DNA of 63,375 nt, filler included, from Chiloscyllium plagiosum (taxonomy: Eukaryota), in NCBI RefSeq assembly GCF_004010195.1. It is 4 parts of one record of this genome, joined end to end, with 100 filler letters (N's around TTAATTAATTAA, not from the genome) between each part and the next. Parts side by side here need not be neighbours in the genome. Positions count along the whole stretch, not along the records: positions 17,850 to 34,845 come from NC_057714.1; positions 34,946 to 59,417 come from NC_057714.1; 2 more parts are not named here. One strand, 5' to 3'. Below are positions 26,101-38,851 of the stretch, in pieces. The notes under the pieces are model-generated. The model was not told the DNA's origin, made no database searches, and worked only from the letters and a program-made list of their open reading frames with translations. A program made the position numbers and the translations under genes. The stretch's first letter is position 1, and each line of letters opens with the position of its first letter.

Positions 26101-26749
26101 GAATCTTTTTGTGACTATGAGTTTTTGAAAGGATTCTCATTGTAAGATTGAACAAGATTTCTCACCATGTCTTAGTAAACGTGCCTCATTAACTATCTAC
26201 CCTGCTCCGCGTCTATCACAACCGATTCCATCCCTGTCTTACCAAGCAGAGTCCCCAGAACAAATCACCACTCAGTAGATATCCACTGAAAGACCAGCAC
26301 TGTTTGTATTTGCACCATTTTTAAAAAGCCCCTGTGCATCCAGATGTGCACTGGTATTCCGAGGCCGTCCTGCTAAGTAAAGGACATTGCTAGAAGATGT
26401 CAGAAAAGGGGAAGTTGGTAACATGATTAACCAAAAAGAAACAGGAGGTCCTTGTTGAGGGGCTGGTGTAAGAGAGAGGAGTCCCATTGCCAGACGAGAT
26501 AAGTTGGGCTGTTAACAAGACTTTTAACAAGCAATAATCTTCATTAATTATCAACTTGTTCCTGCCAAGCAACAAACCTACTATGCTGCTTTTCCAGAGC
26601 ATAAAAATGGTGTTAAGATCTTCCTGCATCATGATGGGCCTTGCTGGATTTCTCATTTGATGCTGACACAAATAACGCCATAACCCACATTACTCAGACT
26701 CCAATTAGATTCTGCCCTCACTATTCTTTTAGTGTTGCTGGGTCAGTAA

Positions 26750-27935
26750 ATACAGTAATGCAGCAAGGAAACAGATCCTTCAATCCAACCAATCCGTGCA
26801 GATCAAGTTTTCCAAACGAAACTAGTTCCATTTGCCTGCGTTTGGCCCATATCCTTCTAAATCTTTCCTAATCATATACCTGTCCAAATGTCTTTTCAAT
26901 GTTGTAACTGTAATTGTATCTACCATTTCCTCTGGCAGTTCATTCCTTATATAAATCATCCTAATTATGAAAGAGTTGCCCCTCAGGTCCCTTTTAAATC
27001 TTTCTCCTCTCACCTGAAAATTATGCCCTCTACTTTTGAACTTCACAATTCAATAGAAAAGATCTCTGCAATTCACCTTATCCATACTCTTCAGGATTTT
27101 ATAAAAGTCTATAAAGTCACCTCTCAACATCCTACGTTCCTATGAAAAAAATGTTACAGTTTATCCAATCTCTCCTTATAACTCAAACCCTCCTGTCCAA
27201 GTAACATCCTTGTAAAACTTTCCTGCACTCTCTCCAATTCAATAACATCCTTTATATAGCAGGGCAAACAGAACTGCACACAATCCTCCAAAAGTGGCTT
27301 CACCAACGTCCTGTACAATCACGACATGTCATCCCAAATCCTAAACTCAATGGTCTGAGCAATGAAAGCAAGTGTGTCAAATGCCTTCTTTATCATTCTG
27401 TCTACCTGTGACACAACTGTAACTATGTACCTGAACTCCTAAGTACTTCTGTTGCACAATACTCCACAGGGTCCTAACATTAACTGTTTAAGTCCTGCCC
27501 TTGTTTGTCTTAACAAAATTCAACACCTTGCATTTACCTAAATTAAACTCCATCTGCCACTCCTCAGCCTATTGACTCAATTAATCAAGATCCCTTTGTA
27601 ATCTTAGATAACCTTCCTTACTGTCTACCATTAATTTTAGTATAATCCACAGACTTGCCGACCATGCTTCCTATATTCTCATCCAATTTGTTTTCATAAA
27701 TGACAAACAACAGTGGATCCAGTGCTGATCCTTGCGAAACCCTGCTAGTCACAGGTCTCCAGCCCAAAAATAACTCTCCATCACCACCACTCTCTATCTC
27801 CTACAGTCACGTTATTATACATTTGGTAAGTTTCCTTGAATCCCAAGTGATCTAACTTTACTAACCAGTCTACCATATGGAACATTTTGTCAAAGACCTT
27901 TCTGAAGTCCATGTAGATAACGTCCACTGCTCTAT
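26750..27935 (-). mobile_element. CR1 LINE RT/3' fragment
   Basis: SRGHNFQVRGERFKRDLRGN...; colinear with 48040-49240. Confidence 0.88.
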
Positions 27936-28744
27936 TCTAGAATTCCCAACCTAACTGCACTGTGGGTTGTCTGTACACCCCAAGGAATGTAGTGGGACAA
28001 GGAGGCAGCTCATCACTAGCTTCTCAAAGGCTATTAGGGTTGGGCACTAAACTCAGGCCTACCCTGCAGTGCCCACATCCCAAGGAGAAATATAAAACAA
28101 ACCAAATATTAATCATATCCATTTTGGGTATGTTGACAAACAAAAAAAAACAGATAAATGAATTCTATGTAAGATTTTAATTGGAATATTACATGGAGGC
28201 ATGTGAATGAAGTAATCCTTCTCAGCGGAAGTTAGGGGTTTATAAAGACTTTTTCTACTTCAGATTTGATGACATGTCATTGTAGCAAGTTTGTCATAAT
28301 GTGAGAGTTAGATTGTTGTCAATGATCAACATTTTAGCTCAGTGCACTCTTTAAAGATGTGCTTTAACTAACCCCTTTTATTTTGCTGCTATATTTTTAT
28401 TTTAACTGTTAACTTCCACCTGCTGACCTTCAGTTCTTTTGCTCAGCAAATGAAAAATTATCTTTCTCCTTTATCTAGCCTCTGCAAAAATAAATCATCG
28501 GGTTCTGTGAAGCTGTAGTTCCCAACAAAATTTTCAGAAGAACAAAAGCTTCCACCAACTTGTAATACAAATGCTAGGATGTTTTAAGACCTCAGTAGCA
28601 TAATATTTTCTGATTCTGAATGAGACTTTTCCATGATTTGTGTTCAAATGACATCTGCAAATCCTACTGATCCCTAACAGTACGGTACAGAATATATCAG
28701 TGTTATTAGGTGGAAGAAATCTCCTTCCTGTTCCAGGACAAACC

Positions 28745-29285
28745 ATTCAACAGTCCCTCCTTTCACCACTGACACTCAGTATCATCAATGTGTACCATTT
28801 ACAAGATGCACTCCAGTAGCCCAAGGCTTCTTACGCAAACATGTAAAATGCTGTGGAAACTCATTAGGTCTGGCAGCCTCTGTGGAAAGAGAAAGTTAAC
28901 ATTTTGATATGTTCTGAAGTAGAGGCATTCCTGTGCTTCAGATTTCCAGCATCCGCAGTATTTTATGTTTACAGTGAAGGCTCATTAAACTGTACCTTTC
29001 AAACCTGTGACCTCTTGCATCTAGAAGACGAGGACAGCAGGTGATGGGAACACCAACACTGTAAGGTTCCTCTCCAAGCCGAATTACTAGACTGATGTGG
29101 AAACCTGTCGCCATTCTTCCGTTGTCATTGACACAAAATTCTGCAACTCCATTCGTAATAACACAGTGAGTGTTCCTACAATGCAAGGCCAATAGTGGTT
29201 TAAGAGGCAGTTCACCGAAAACAAATATGGGTAGCAAAAACATACCGGCCTAGCCTGTGACATCCACATCCCATGAATGAAGGAA
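28745..29285 (+). mobile_element. Second CR1/L2-group LINE 3' end containing a decayed PLE family C palindrome (about 28840-28972)
   Basis: Tail CCACATCCCATGAATGAA; insert has AGTTAACATTTT...GTTCTGAAG. Confidence 0.6.
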
Positions 29286-29414
29286 ACAAATATTCCAACC
29301 CCTCTAAGAGTGATTGCTCACACTGTGGAGAATTTAGAGAAAAGGAGACTTTTCATTCACTTGGATGTGAGAATTGGAGTTGCCCTCAGAAGCAGGCACC
29401 CCTTTACCCCTGAA

Positions 29415-29537
29415 TAAAAACTGAAAGAACTGTGGATGCTTTAAATCAGAAACAAGACAGAAATTGCTGGATAGGCTCAGCAGGTTTGGCAGCATCTGTG
29501 GAGAGAAATCAGAGTTGACGTTTTGGGTTGAGTGAGG
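29415..29537 (-). mobile_element. PLE family C terminal fragment
   Basis: GCAGCATCTGTGGAGAGAAATCAGAGTTGACGTTTTGGG. Confidence 0.7.
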
Positions 29538-30144
29538 AAAGGTCTGTTGGATCTGTGGAATCTTAGAAAATATCATTTGAACAAATGGATATTCTGGTTT
29601 TTGGGGAACGAAGACTCATTCATTAGCATGATGTCCAGCCCTGAACAAAAAGGAAATATCTAACTAAAGGACACAGAAATAAAGCTAACGCAACCCGACT
29701 GGAAAATTGCCTTCAAGAGATTTCACACAAGAGTTCTATGATCTTCTATTTCTACATTCAATAAAAAGCTGTCAGGTGGTTTTGCATTTTTTCCCTCTGA
29801 ATGAAAGAGGCCTCCCACACAGAACTTACTGATGGGACCACCTAGGTCTTATCCTCTTTTCAAAAGGAGGAGATAAAACTTAACTACTTCTGGATTTATT
29901 AAAGTAAAGGTTTTCAAATAAATTATTTGCAGAACGTGGAAGCTCCAGATCAACTCATGATTTAGGAAATACTCCTAAACGATCCTTAAGATGGTCCAGT
30001 ACAAGGGATATTATCTAATAAACTTAGCTGAAGAGGCTCAGCAGGATGAAGCCTCACAGAGGAGAAGCATGGGACATCTGGGGACAAATATTGTGAGAAT
30101 AACAGTTGGTCAGAAATAGCAGAGTGAGTAGAAATGACATAGCG

Positions 30145-31345
30145 AGTCATAGAGATGTATAGCACGGAAACAGACCTTTCGGTGCAACCCATCCATGTCA
30201 ACTGGATATCCCAACCCAATGTAGTCCCACCTGCCAGCACCCAGCCCATATCCCTCCAAACCCTTCCTATTCACATACCCATCCAGATCCCTTTAAATAT
30301 TGCTATTGTACTAGCCTCCACCACATCCTCTGGCAGCTCATTCCATACACGTACCACCCTCTAAGTGCAAACGTTGCCCCTTAGATCTCTTTTATATCTT
30401 TCCCCTCTCACCCTAAACATATGCCCTTTACTTCTGGACTCCCCAACCCCAGGGAAAAGACTTTGTCTATTTATCCTATCCATGCCCCTCATGATCTTAT
30501 GAACCTCTTTAAGGTCACCCGTCAGCCCCTGACGGTCCAGGGAAAACAGCCTCAGCGTATTCCAGAATTGCACGTAATATTCCAACAGTGGCCTAACCAA
30601 TGTCTGTACAGCCCAACTGCTGTACTCAATAATCTGACCAACAACGGAAAGCATACCAAATGTCTTCTTCACTATTCTATCTAACTGCGACTCCACTTTC
30701 AAAGAACTATGAACCTGCACTCCAAGGTCTCTTTGTTCAGCAACACTCCCTGGGACCTTACATGAAGTGGAATAAGTCCTGTTAAGATTTGCTTTCCCAA
30801 AACGTAGCACCTCACATTTATCGAAGTTAAACTCCATCTGCCAATCCTCAGCCCATTGGCCTATCTGATCAGGAATCCATTGCAATCTGAGGTAACCTTC
30901 TTTGCTGTCCACTACACCTCCAATTTTGGTGTCATCTGCAAACTTACTAACTATATCTCTTGTGCTCACATTCAAGTCATTTCTCTAAATGATGAAAAGC
31001 AGTGGACTCAGCACCGATCCTTGTGGCACTCCACTGGTCACAGGCCTCCAGTCTGAAAAACAACCCTCCACCACCACCCTCTGTCTTCTACCTTTGAGCC
31101 AGTTCTGTATCCAAATGGTTAGTTCTCCCTGTATTCCTGAGATCCAACCTTGCTCACCAGTCTCCTATGGGAAACCTTGTTGAACACCTTACTGAAGTCC
31201 ACATAGATCACATCTACCGCTCTGCCCTCATCAATCCTCTTTGTTACCACTTCAAAAAAAAACTCAATCAAGTTCGTGATACGTGATTTCTCACATACAA
31301 AGCCATGTTGACTATCCTTAATCAGTTCTTGCTTTTCCAAATACA
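30145..31345 (-). mobile_element. CR1 (HER1-like) LINE RT/3' fragment
   Basis: SQHGFV, DFSKVFNKV, SKFADDTKIGG; CTCTATGACTC tail. Confidence 0.93.
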
Positions 31346-32778
31346 GAAAGATATCAAATATTCTTAATTCAAGATTTTAAATAAATATGTCCAAATGTTT
31401 CCCAATTGTGTTTGCTCATAGTAGGTTTTACATTTGCCAATAGATAAATATGCTTGAGCAGAAAATTTTAACAAAATACCTCCTGGAAGCTAGTGTTAGT
31501 TTGAACACAATTTTTATCGAGCTCAACGATTGCACGCAAAGAGAAATTCTTAACTGACTTGATATAATGCAGTAAATAAATTTGATGATCTGCAGGCACA
31601 AAGAGCTACATCAAATTATGATACATTGACAATAAAATAGACTTTGCTCACACAAGAGAAGAAACAGGCATTTAATTCAAAGATCATAGGGGATGCAAAA
31701 GATTGAAGAGTGATAGCAGTATAGCACAAGGATACTATCTGGGTTTTTTTCATTTAAACATGCCACACATGTTTAAGTGTGGCACTAATCATCTTAGAAG
31801 GCATCATATCGTCCACAACTCAGTGCATGTTCTTCCACAATTACACACTTTTACACTAATTTGTGGAACAGATAAATTGAAGGACAAGTTAAATAGCAAA
31901 TTACATCTGACTGGCAGATAGAAATTCTTGTATTGAGGTCAGAGCTTCTGGCACCATGTTTAAAGGTCACACTCTTCACACTCTGTGCATCCCAACGTTA
32001 TTGTTCCAACCTCTCAGAGAGGTTTCTAAGTCAATATAAGCCTGCTCTGTGCTTTAATAATACCCTGCTAGATGGTCTGAGCCGGACCATCTGGGCCCCT
32101 TTCCCAGTGACAAACAAATGAAGTTCTCTCAGCTGACCCAGACAAGATTGCATAGGAGGTCAGTGCCAATGCCAACTGTGAAAGGTCATGTACTGAATTC
32201 TCATAGCGAATGACTGATCTCTGCACAAGGCTATGTGACAGCATCTTCTCACTGTGACCTCACATTCATAGAAACTAAGCTCAGTCTAACTGTCACTGTA
32301 CAGTCCTGGTACATAGGCATGCGGGCCTCAGTATCACATCACACTCACCTTACGCTGCCAATCTTTAAACTACTACTAAGAATGAAGCCTGTGGACCATT
32401 TGAGGAGGCACCCACAAGGTGTTCACTTGCACCCTCCATTCGCACAAACTGTCAATCATTGGTAACTTAGCTCAATTAAACCTCGGCACACAATCTAGTG
32501 AGGACATCACATAATGGAGTTGGTAGTGGAAGAAACGCTCAAGGATGCTGGAGGCCAGGTACCTGCTCAGCCTCATACAGAGCATATTTCTCTGCACTCA
32601 ACATAAATAACATAGTTGTGGGATCTTGTTCAAATACTGACCGAAATCAGTGAATGGTGCAAATAGCCTCTGTATTCAGCAATCAGAGCACAACATTCAA
32701 GGCAGCAATATAATCCTGAAATACAATTCTTACTATAGCCCCTTTATACATAGTTTTTACATATTATTACTATTTTCT

Positions 32779-33100
32779 TAGATTAGATTAGATTCCCTAC
32801 AGTGTGGAAACACGCCTTTTTGGCCTAACCAGTCCACACCGACCCTCCGAAGAGTAACCCACCCAGACCCATTCCCCCTGACTAATGCACCTAACACTAC
32901 AGGCAATTTAGCATGGCCAATTCACCTGACCTGCACATCTTTGGACTGTGGGAGGAAAGTGGAGCACCCTGAGGAAACCCACGCAGACACGGGGAGAATG
33001 TGCAAACTCCACCCTGAGGAAACCCACAGAGACACAGTCACCCGAGGCTGGAATTGAATCCGGGTCCCTGACGCTGTGAGGCAGCAGTGCTAACCACTGT
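32779..33100 (-). mobile_element. HE1-type V-SINE with a small internal duplication
   Basis: (AATCT)n tail; ACCCTGAGGAAACCCAC occurs twice (about 32966 and 33011). Confidence 0.9.
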
Positions 33101-34036
33101 ACATTTTTCATCAATAGTACACAAAGGTTGGAAGGGCTTCTGCCCTGGGAGACAGGAGATGGGTTAAAAATGTGCTAACTGCTGCCTGCTCCTTCTGATA
33201 GGATGTCTGCCCGGTCTGCTTGCATAACGAGACGTGTTAGTTCTTTTGTCTTTTAAATGAGTAAATGTTAGTCAGAATACTAGGCCTATACGCTCTAAAT
33301 AAGGTGGAAATCATATTAAAAGAATAAAAGATATTAAACTGATTACTGCAGCTGTGTGGTGAGATTTATTTACAATTTGCCGGTATGAGTTTCATTCTTT
33401 CATGCAAGCACTGTTTGGCAATTGGGTTCTTAAAGGAATAATGGGCCAGTTAAAACTTATTTAATAGGCAATGTTTCATGCAGACTATGGGGATGGTATT
33501 GTTCTGTATGCTGAGAGAAACACTGTTTGCATCAGGGGCTGATAAAGTGTGGAAATGCAGTGATGAGTTTGAAAGGGTTGGTTTTAAGTTTGGACAGTAC
33601 AGAACAGCGGTTTTATGAATGAATAGATGAAACTGTGTTATAGTAAATAACGCATTAGTAAAGGATTATGAATGAATGAACAGGAACCGGGTATTAATGA
33701 CTATAGCGAGCTGGTGAGTGAGTTAATAAAGATAGCCGAAAACACACTATCTCATAACACAATATCTCACATAGTCAACCTGCAGAGAGAAAGAGAAACA
33801 AGGGAACATTGGGCAGGAGGTATCCACCATACTGGAACTCCTGTCTGCCATGTTGGCTCTAGAATGGAGGTAGAGACCTTACAGACCCAGGTCCAGAGGA
33901 ACACACAGTGGCCGCTAGAAACATAGTCCGACCTGCACTCCTTTGCTATAGACCTGAGAGTTTGGCATTGTGAAAGGAGAACAAGGCAGCTCTACATCAC
34001 TCTAAGCACTGACAGGGAGGAATGTCAGACAAAAAC

Positions 34037-34845
34037 AGATTACAACAGGATCTTGACCAGATGGGCCAATGGGCTGAGAAGTGGCAGATGGAGTTGAATT
34101 TAGATAAATGTGAGATGCTGCATTTTGGGAAAGCAAATCTTAGCAGAACATATACACTTAATGATAAGGTCCTAGGGAGTGTTGCTGAACAAAGAGAGCT
34201 TGGAGTGCAGTTTCATAGATCCTTGAAAGTAGAGTCACAGGTAGACAGGATAGTGAAGAAGGCGTTTGGTATGCTTTCCTCTCTTGGTCAGAGTATTGAG
34301 TACAGGAGTTGGGAGGTCATGTTGCGGCTGTACAGGACATTGGTTAGGCCACTTTTGGAATATTGCATGCAACTCTGGTCTCTTTCCTATCGGAAGGATG
34401 TTGTGAAACTTGAAAGAGTTCAGAAAAGATTTACAAGGATGTTACCAGGGTTGGAGGATTTGAACTATAGGGAGAGACTGAATAGGCTGGGGCTGTTTTC
34501 CCTGGAGCGTCAGAGGCTGAGGGGTGACCTTATAGAGGTTTATAAAATCGTGAGGGGCATGGATAGGACAAAGAGACAAAGTCTTTTCCCTGGGGTGGGG
34601 GAGTCCAGAACAAGAGAGCATAGATTTAGGATGAGAGGGGAAAGATATAAAAGAGACCTAAGGGGCAACTTTTCCACGTACAGGATGGTATGTGTGTGGA
34701 ATGAGCTGCCAGAGGTAGTGGTGGAGGCTGGTACAATTGCAACATTTAAAAGGCATCTGGATAGGTATATGAATAGGAAGAGTTTGGAGGGATATGGGCC
34801 GGGTGCTGGCAGGTGGGACTAGATTGGGTTGGGATATCTGGTCAG
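34037..34845 (+). mobile_element. Young 5'-truncated CR1 (HER1-like) with an uninterrupted ORF2 C-terminus
   Basis: 266-aa ORF 34022-34822, RLQQDLD...YGPGAGRWD*. Confidence 0.95.
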
Positions 34846-34945
34846 NNNNNNNNNNNNNNNNNNNNNNNNNNNNNNNNNNNNNNNNNNNNTTAATTAATTA
34901 ANNNNNNNNNNNNNNNNNNNNNNNNNNNNNNNNNNNNNNNNNNNN
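34846..34945. other. 100-bp assembly gap with TTAATTAATTAA linker
   Basis: 44 N + 12 nt + 44 N. Confidence 0.97.
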
Positions 34946-35487
34946 CCTGGCCAAACTGGCCATTAACAGGTCCAGGCAGCGGGCCGTGGAGGGGGTCGTT
35001 AGGTCCGACTGCCTGCCCCTCTTCCGCGGTTACGTTAGGGTCCGGGTGTCCTTGGAGAAGGAGCACGCGGTGTCCACCAACACCCTGGAGTTGTTCAGGG
35101 AGAGGTGGGCGCCGCAGGGAGTGGAGTGCATCATTTCCCCCTCCAATTCTATTTTGATTTAGTCCCTCCCCTCCCCTTCACTGTTTTGATCACACAGCAC
35201 TGCCCTTTGATGAGAAGGGCAGTGCTTGTCACTGGCCACCCGGGTGTTTTCCTATATTCCTGGTGGTGGAAATTGAATAAAAGATTGGTGCACTTTGTGT
35301 CTTTCACTGTGTCTCACACCTGCACACACACACACCAGGGGTGCTGGGGAAAAAATTTGAATAAAGATTCGTGCACTTTGTGTCTTCCACTGTGTCTTAC
35401 ACCTGCACACACACACCATTGGTGCTGGGGATAAACTAAGAACTACCGCACTTAGGTGGTAGTGTGGGGGTTAAATTTAAAAAAAAA
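34946..35487 (+). mobile_element. L1-Tx1 clade LINE 3' end (ORF2 C-terminus, 3'UTR, A-rich tail)
   Basis: 34947-35162 reads LAKLAINRSRQRAVEG...RVSLEKEH...FRERWAPQG...SNSILI*; AATAAA in the UTR. Confidence 0.8.
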
Positions 35488-36590
35488 TACAAACTGGGGA
35501 ATCACACAGCATTGCCCTTTGATGTGAAGGGCACTGCTTGTCACAGGCCACTTGGGTGTTTTCCTATCTTCCTGGTGGTGGAAACTGAATAAAGATTTGT
35601 GCACCTTGTGTCTCTCACTGTGTCCCACGCCTGCACACACACAACATGGTTGCTGAGGAAAAAATAAGCACTACCACAGTTAGGCGGCAGTGTGGGGGTT
35701 AAAAAAAAGGAATAAAAAGAAAAAAAAACAGGAATGTCAGAGTTTATGTTCACTCTGAGAGCTGGCTCTGAGGAAGCTGGACCAATGTGTGTGCACAAAA
35801 AAAAAGTACAAACTGGGGAATCACGCAGCATTACACTTTGATGTGAAGGGCACTGCTTGTCACTGGCCATTCGGGTGTTTCCTTTCTTCCTGGTGGTGGG
35901 ATACAAACAAAGATTTAAACACCTGTTGTTCTTCACTGTGTCTCACACCCGCACACACACAACATGGGTGCTGGGGAAATATAAGTACTATTGCAGTTAG
36001 GCAGTAGTGTGGGGGCAAGGAGCGAAAAACAAATACAAACAGGGGTATCAAGCAGCATTGCCCTTTGAGGAGAAGGGCACTGCTTATCACTGGCCACTCA
36101 TTTGTGTCCTTTCTTCCTGGTGGTGGAAATTGAATAAAGATTTTTACACATTTTGTCTTTTACTGGTCCTACACCTGCACACACACAGCATGGGTGAGAA
36201 ACAAAAGTGCAAACAAGGGATTCTTGCACCTGCACATGCACAAACAAAGGTGCGGAGGAATGTGAACACTAGTGCTGTATGGTGGTAGTGTGGGGACGGA
36301 AAAGGAAAAAGAAATAAACAGGGATTCCAACTCTATATTGATTTGAATCCCTACCCTCCTCCTTCACTTTGCTTTCCACATAAGCATTGCTTTGCTTGTT
36401 AGTGGTTCCCTGACCACATCGGTGTTTTTTCCCTGGTGGTGGAAATGTTAAATAAAATTACTTTGCGCATCGTGTTCTTATTGAGTCCTTGCACTTACAC
36501 ACACACAACATGGGTGCTGTGGGGTAAATAAGCACTACTGCTGTACAGGTGTGTGGCGGGGGTGGGGGGGGAGGTGTTATTAAGAAAAAT
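35488..36590 (+). repeat. Tandem stack of further 5'-truncated copies of the same Tx1 3'UTR
   Basis: Units start near 35501, 35820, 36047, 36220 (short) and 36325; each ends in a GTG/G-run motif plus an A-rich tract. Confidence 0.85.
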
Positions 36591-38139
36591 AAACAGGAGG
36601 TTTAGAATCTCCTCAAAAGAAACAGGAGATTGAGAATCTCATCTAAAAAATATAAGTAGGAGATTTAGAATCTCCTCACTTGAGGTGATTGACTCAGCTA
36701 GTTAACAGTGCACAATTAAATAAAGAGTGACTTAGTGAGGGGATACCAGCCATTAACTCATCAAATGGTTCTTTGTTCATGTGTTTGTACACTTTTTCCT
36801 CTGTACACAATTATGTTTGTGGTTCAGCAGAACCATAAATAAAACATGAGGTAGATGGAGGGTAAACTTGAATAGGTAATAACTTTATTGTTGATCTCTC
36901 AGCTCCACAGTTTGTTTTTTGACTGCCTCCTTAACTCTCACCTCTGGGTTAATTGACCTAATCTCCAAAAGGGGCAGCACACACCCAACTACATACATAA
37001 CATACGCTTTAGACGATGGCACACAAGTTCTGTTGCAGAGTCCTCCAATCAGGGAATCAATGAGGTGGCCTACAGCAGTAGGCTAATGGAAATGCACATT
37101 ATCTGTTACATTCTCAGGCTTAACACAAACATTGCATACAATATTGAGGAACATGGAGGAGTCAGCACTACCTGTCACAAGGTATTGCAGACAACTTGGG
37201 AGTCCAATCTTTCTAGAGTGAAAATAGTGGCTAATTCCATTTATGTACTTGTAGGTTCAAGCATAAAGCACTGCCATTGTTTGATGTCTCAACTTCTACT
37301 TTAGCATGAGAAAAAACCCACAAAAGATACACTGTGCAGTAGAATTCTAGATTGAAGTCATGCAAGCTTAACTTGCTGTAATGCAATCTCAAACTGCTCT
37401 CACATATGCTTGGTTTACTATCACCAAAGCAATGCAGCAATCTGTCTTCTAGCATATTTTGGGGATTACTGATATGTCACTCTGAGAGGCTGTTCATGTC
37501 TCATTCGAGCCCAAACCTGCTGTCCTCTCTCAGTATGATATTGTTTGTGCTCACACTGGTGCTACAGTGCCCATGACCTTATTTTTGCTCATCTGCCAGC
37601 CAACCCAAACTGCTTTCATCTCTATCAAAGTGATACAGTTTTGAGCCTTCTGGGGCCAGAACTTCTCAAGGCTATTGCAGTCAGCCCAATAAAGATTAGA
37701 AGTGTCCTAGCAGCTATGTTACAGTAATTGAGATAGCATTGTGACAGCACTAAGACAGGCAAAGATACACAAACGATAGGCACTGAGAATACAAAAGGGT
37801 TAATTCAGCAAATGACCTTGCATTTGTATAGCTCCTTCCATGATTAAAGGTATTCTGAAGCATTCTATTGTCAATAATGTTTTTGTAAATGTAGTCAGTG
37901 TTTAAGGTAGGGATTATATCATGCATAGATTCATAATGGGAAAAGTGGACAGTTTTCCATTTAGTTTTCTCACCATGAGGACCACATTCACAATCATTCC
38001 ACTGTGTCCTTATAAAATGTCCAAATCAAAAATTCCATCCATTGCACAAATAGGATACATCTATACCTTTCGTATAATTCAGCACCAAGTAGTACTAAGA
38101 CTATTTAAAATTAATTCAGATCCTTCCACTAATTGGAGA

Positions 38140-38410
38140 GACTTGGAACCAGGGCACACCCTAGTGGGAAGGGATGACTCTTTAGAACTGAGATGAGGAG
38201 GAATTTCTTCAGCCAGAAGGTGGCGACACTGTGGAACTCATTGCTGCAGAGGGCTGTGGAGGTCAGGTCATTGACAGCATTGAAGACAGAGGTGGATAAG
38301 TTCTTGATTAGTAAGGGGCTCAAAGGTTACAGGGAGAAGGCAGGAGAATGGAATTGAGAAACATATCAACCATGATCAAATGGCCTAACTCTGCTTTTAT
38401 GGTCTTACAA
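38140..38410 (+). mobile_element. CR1 LINE 3' end
   Basis: GAGATGAGGAGGAATTTCTTCAGCCAGAAGGTGG...TTATGGTCTTA; similar to 50430-50748. Confidence 0.85.
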
Positions 38411-38540
38411 ATGCTGAAAAACAAATGTCATCCAGACTCCCTGAAAGCAAGCCCACAAAAATAACTCTTTTAAAATATAAATTAAAACCATGTCTCCCCA
38501 TTCTTAACATAAAAAATATATACTAATTTAAAAGTTATAT

Positions 38541-38851
38541 GATTAGATTCCCTTCAGTGTGGACCAGTGCTGCCTCACAGCGCCAGGGACCTGGGTTCAA
38601 TTCCCACCTCGGGCGACTGACTGTGGAGAGTTTGTACATTCTTCCTGTGTCTGCGTGGGTTTCCTCTGGGTGCTCCAGTTTCCTCCCACAATCCAAAGAT
38701 GTGTAGGTCAGGTGGGTTGGCCATACTAAATTGCCCATAGTGTTAAGTGCATTAGTCAGGGGGATTGGGTCTGGGAGGGTTACTGTTCAGAGGGTCGGTG
38801 TTGACTTGTTGGGCCAAATGGCCTGTTTCCACACTGTAGGGAATCTAATCT
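38541..38851 (+). mobile_element. HE1-type V-SINE with an inverted tail copy at its 5' end
   Basis: 38541-38563 is the reverse complement of 38828-38850 (one mismatch). Confidence 0.88.

Noticed and set aside
34022..34822. 266-aa ORF as a host gene
   Set aside because: CR1 ORF2 C-terminus with a fortuitous upstream ATG; lacks the RT catalytic core
35190..36590. Repeat-spacer array resembling a CRISPR or an snRNA cluster
   Set aside because: Units are long, diverged LINE 3'UTR copies with poly(A) tails; no cas genes and no snRNA match that I recognise
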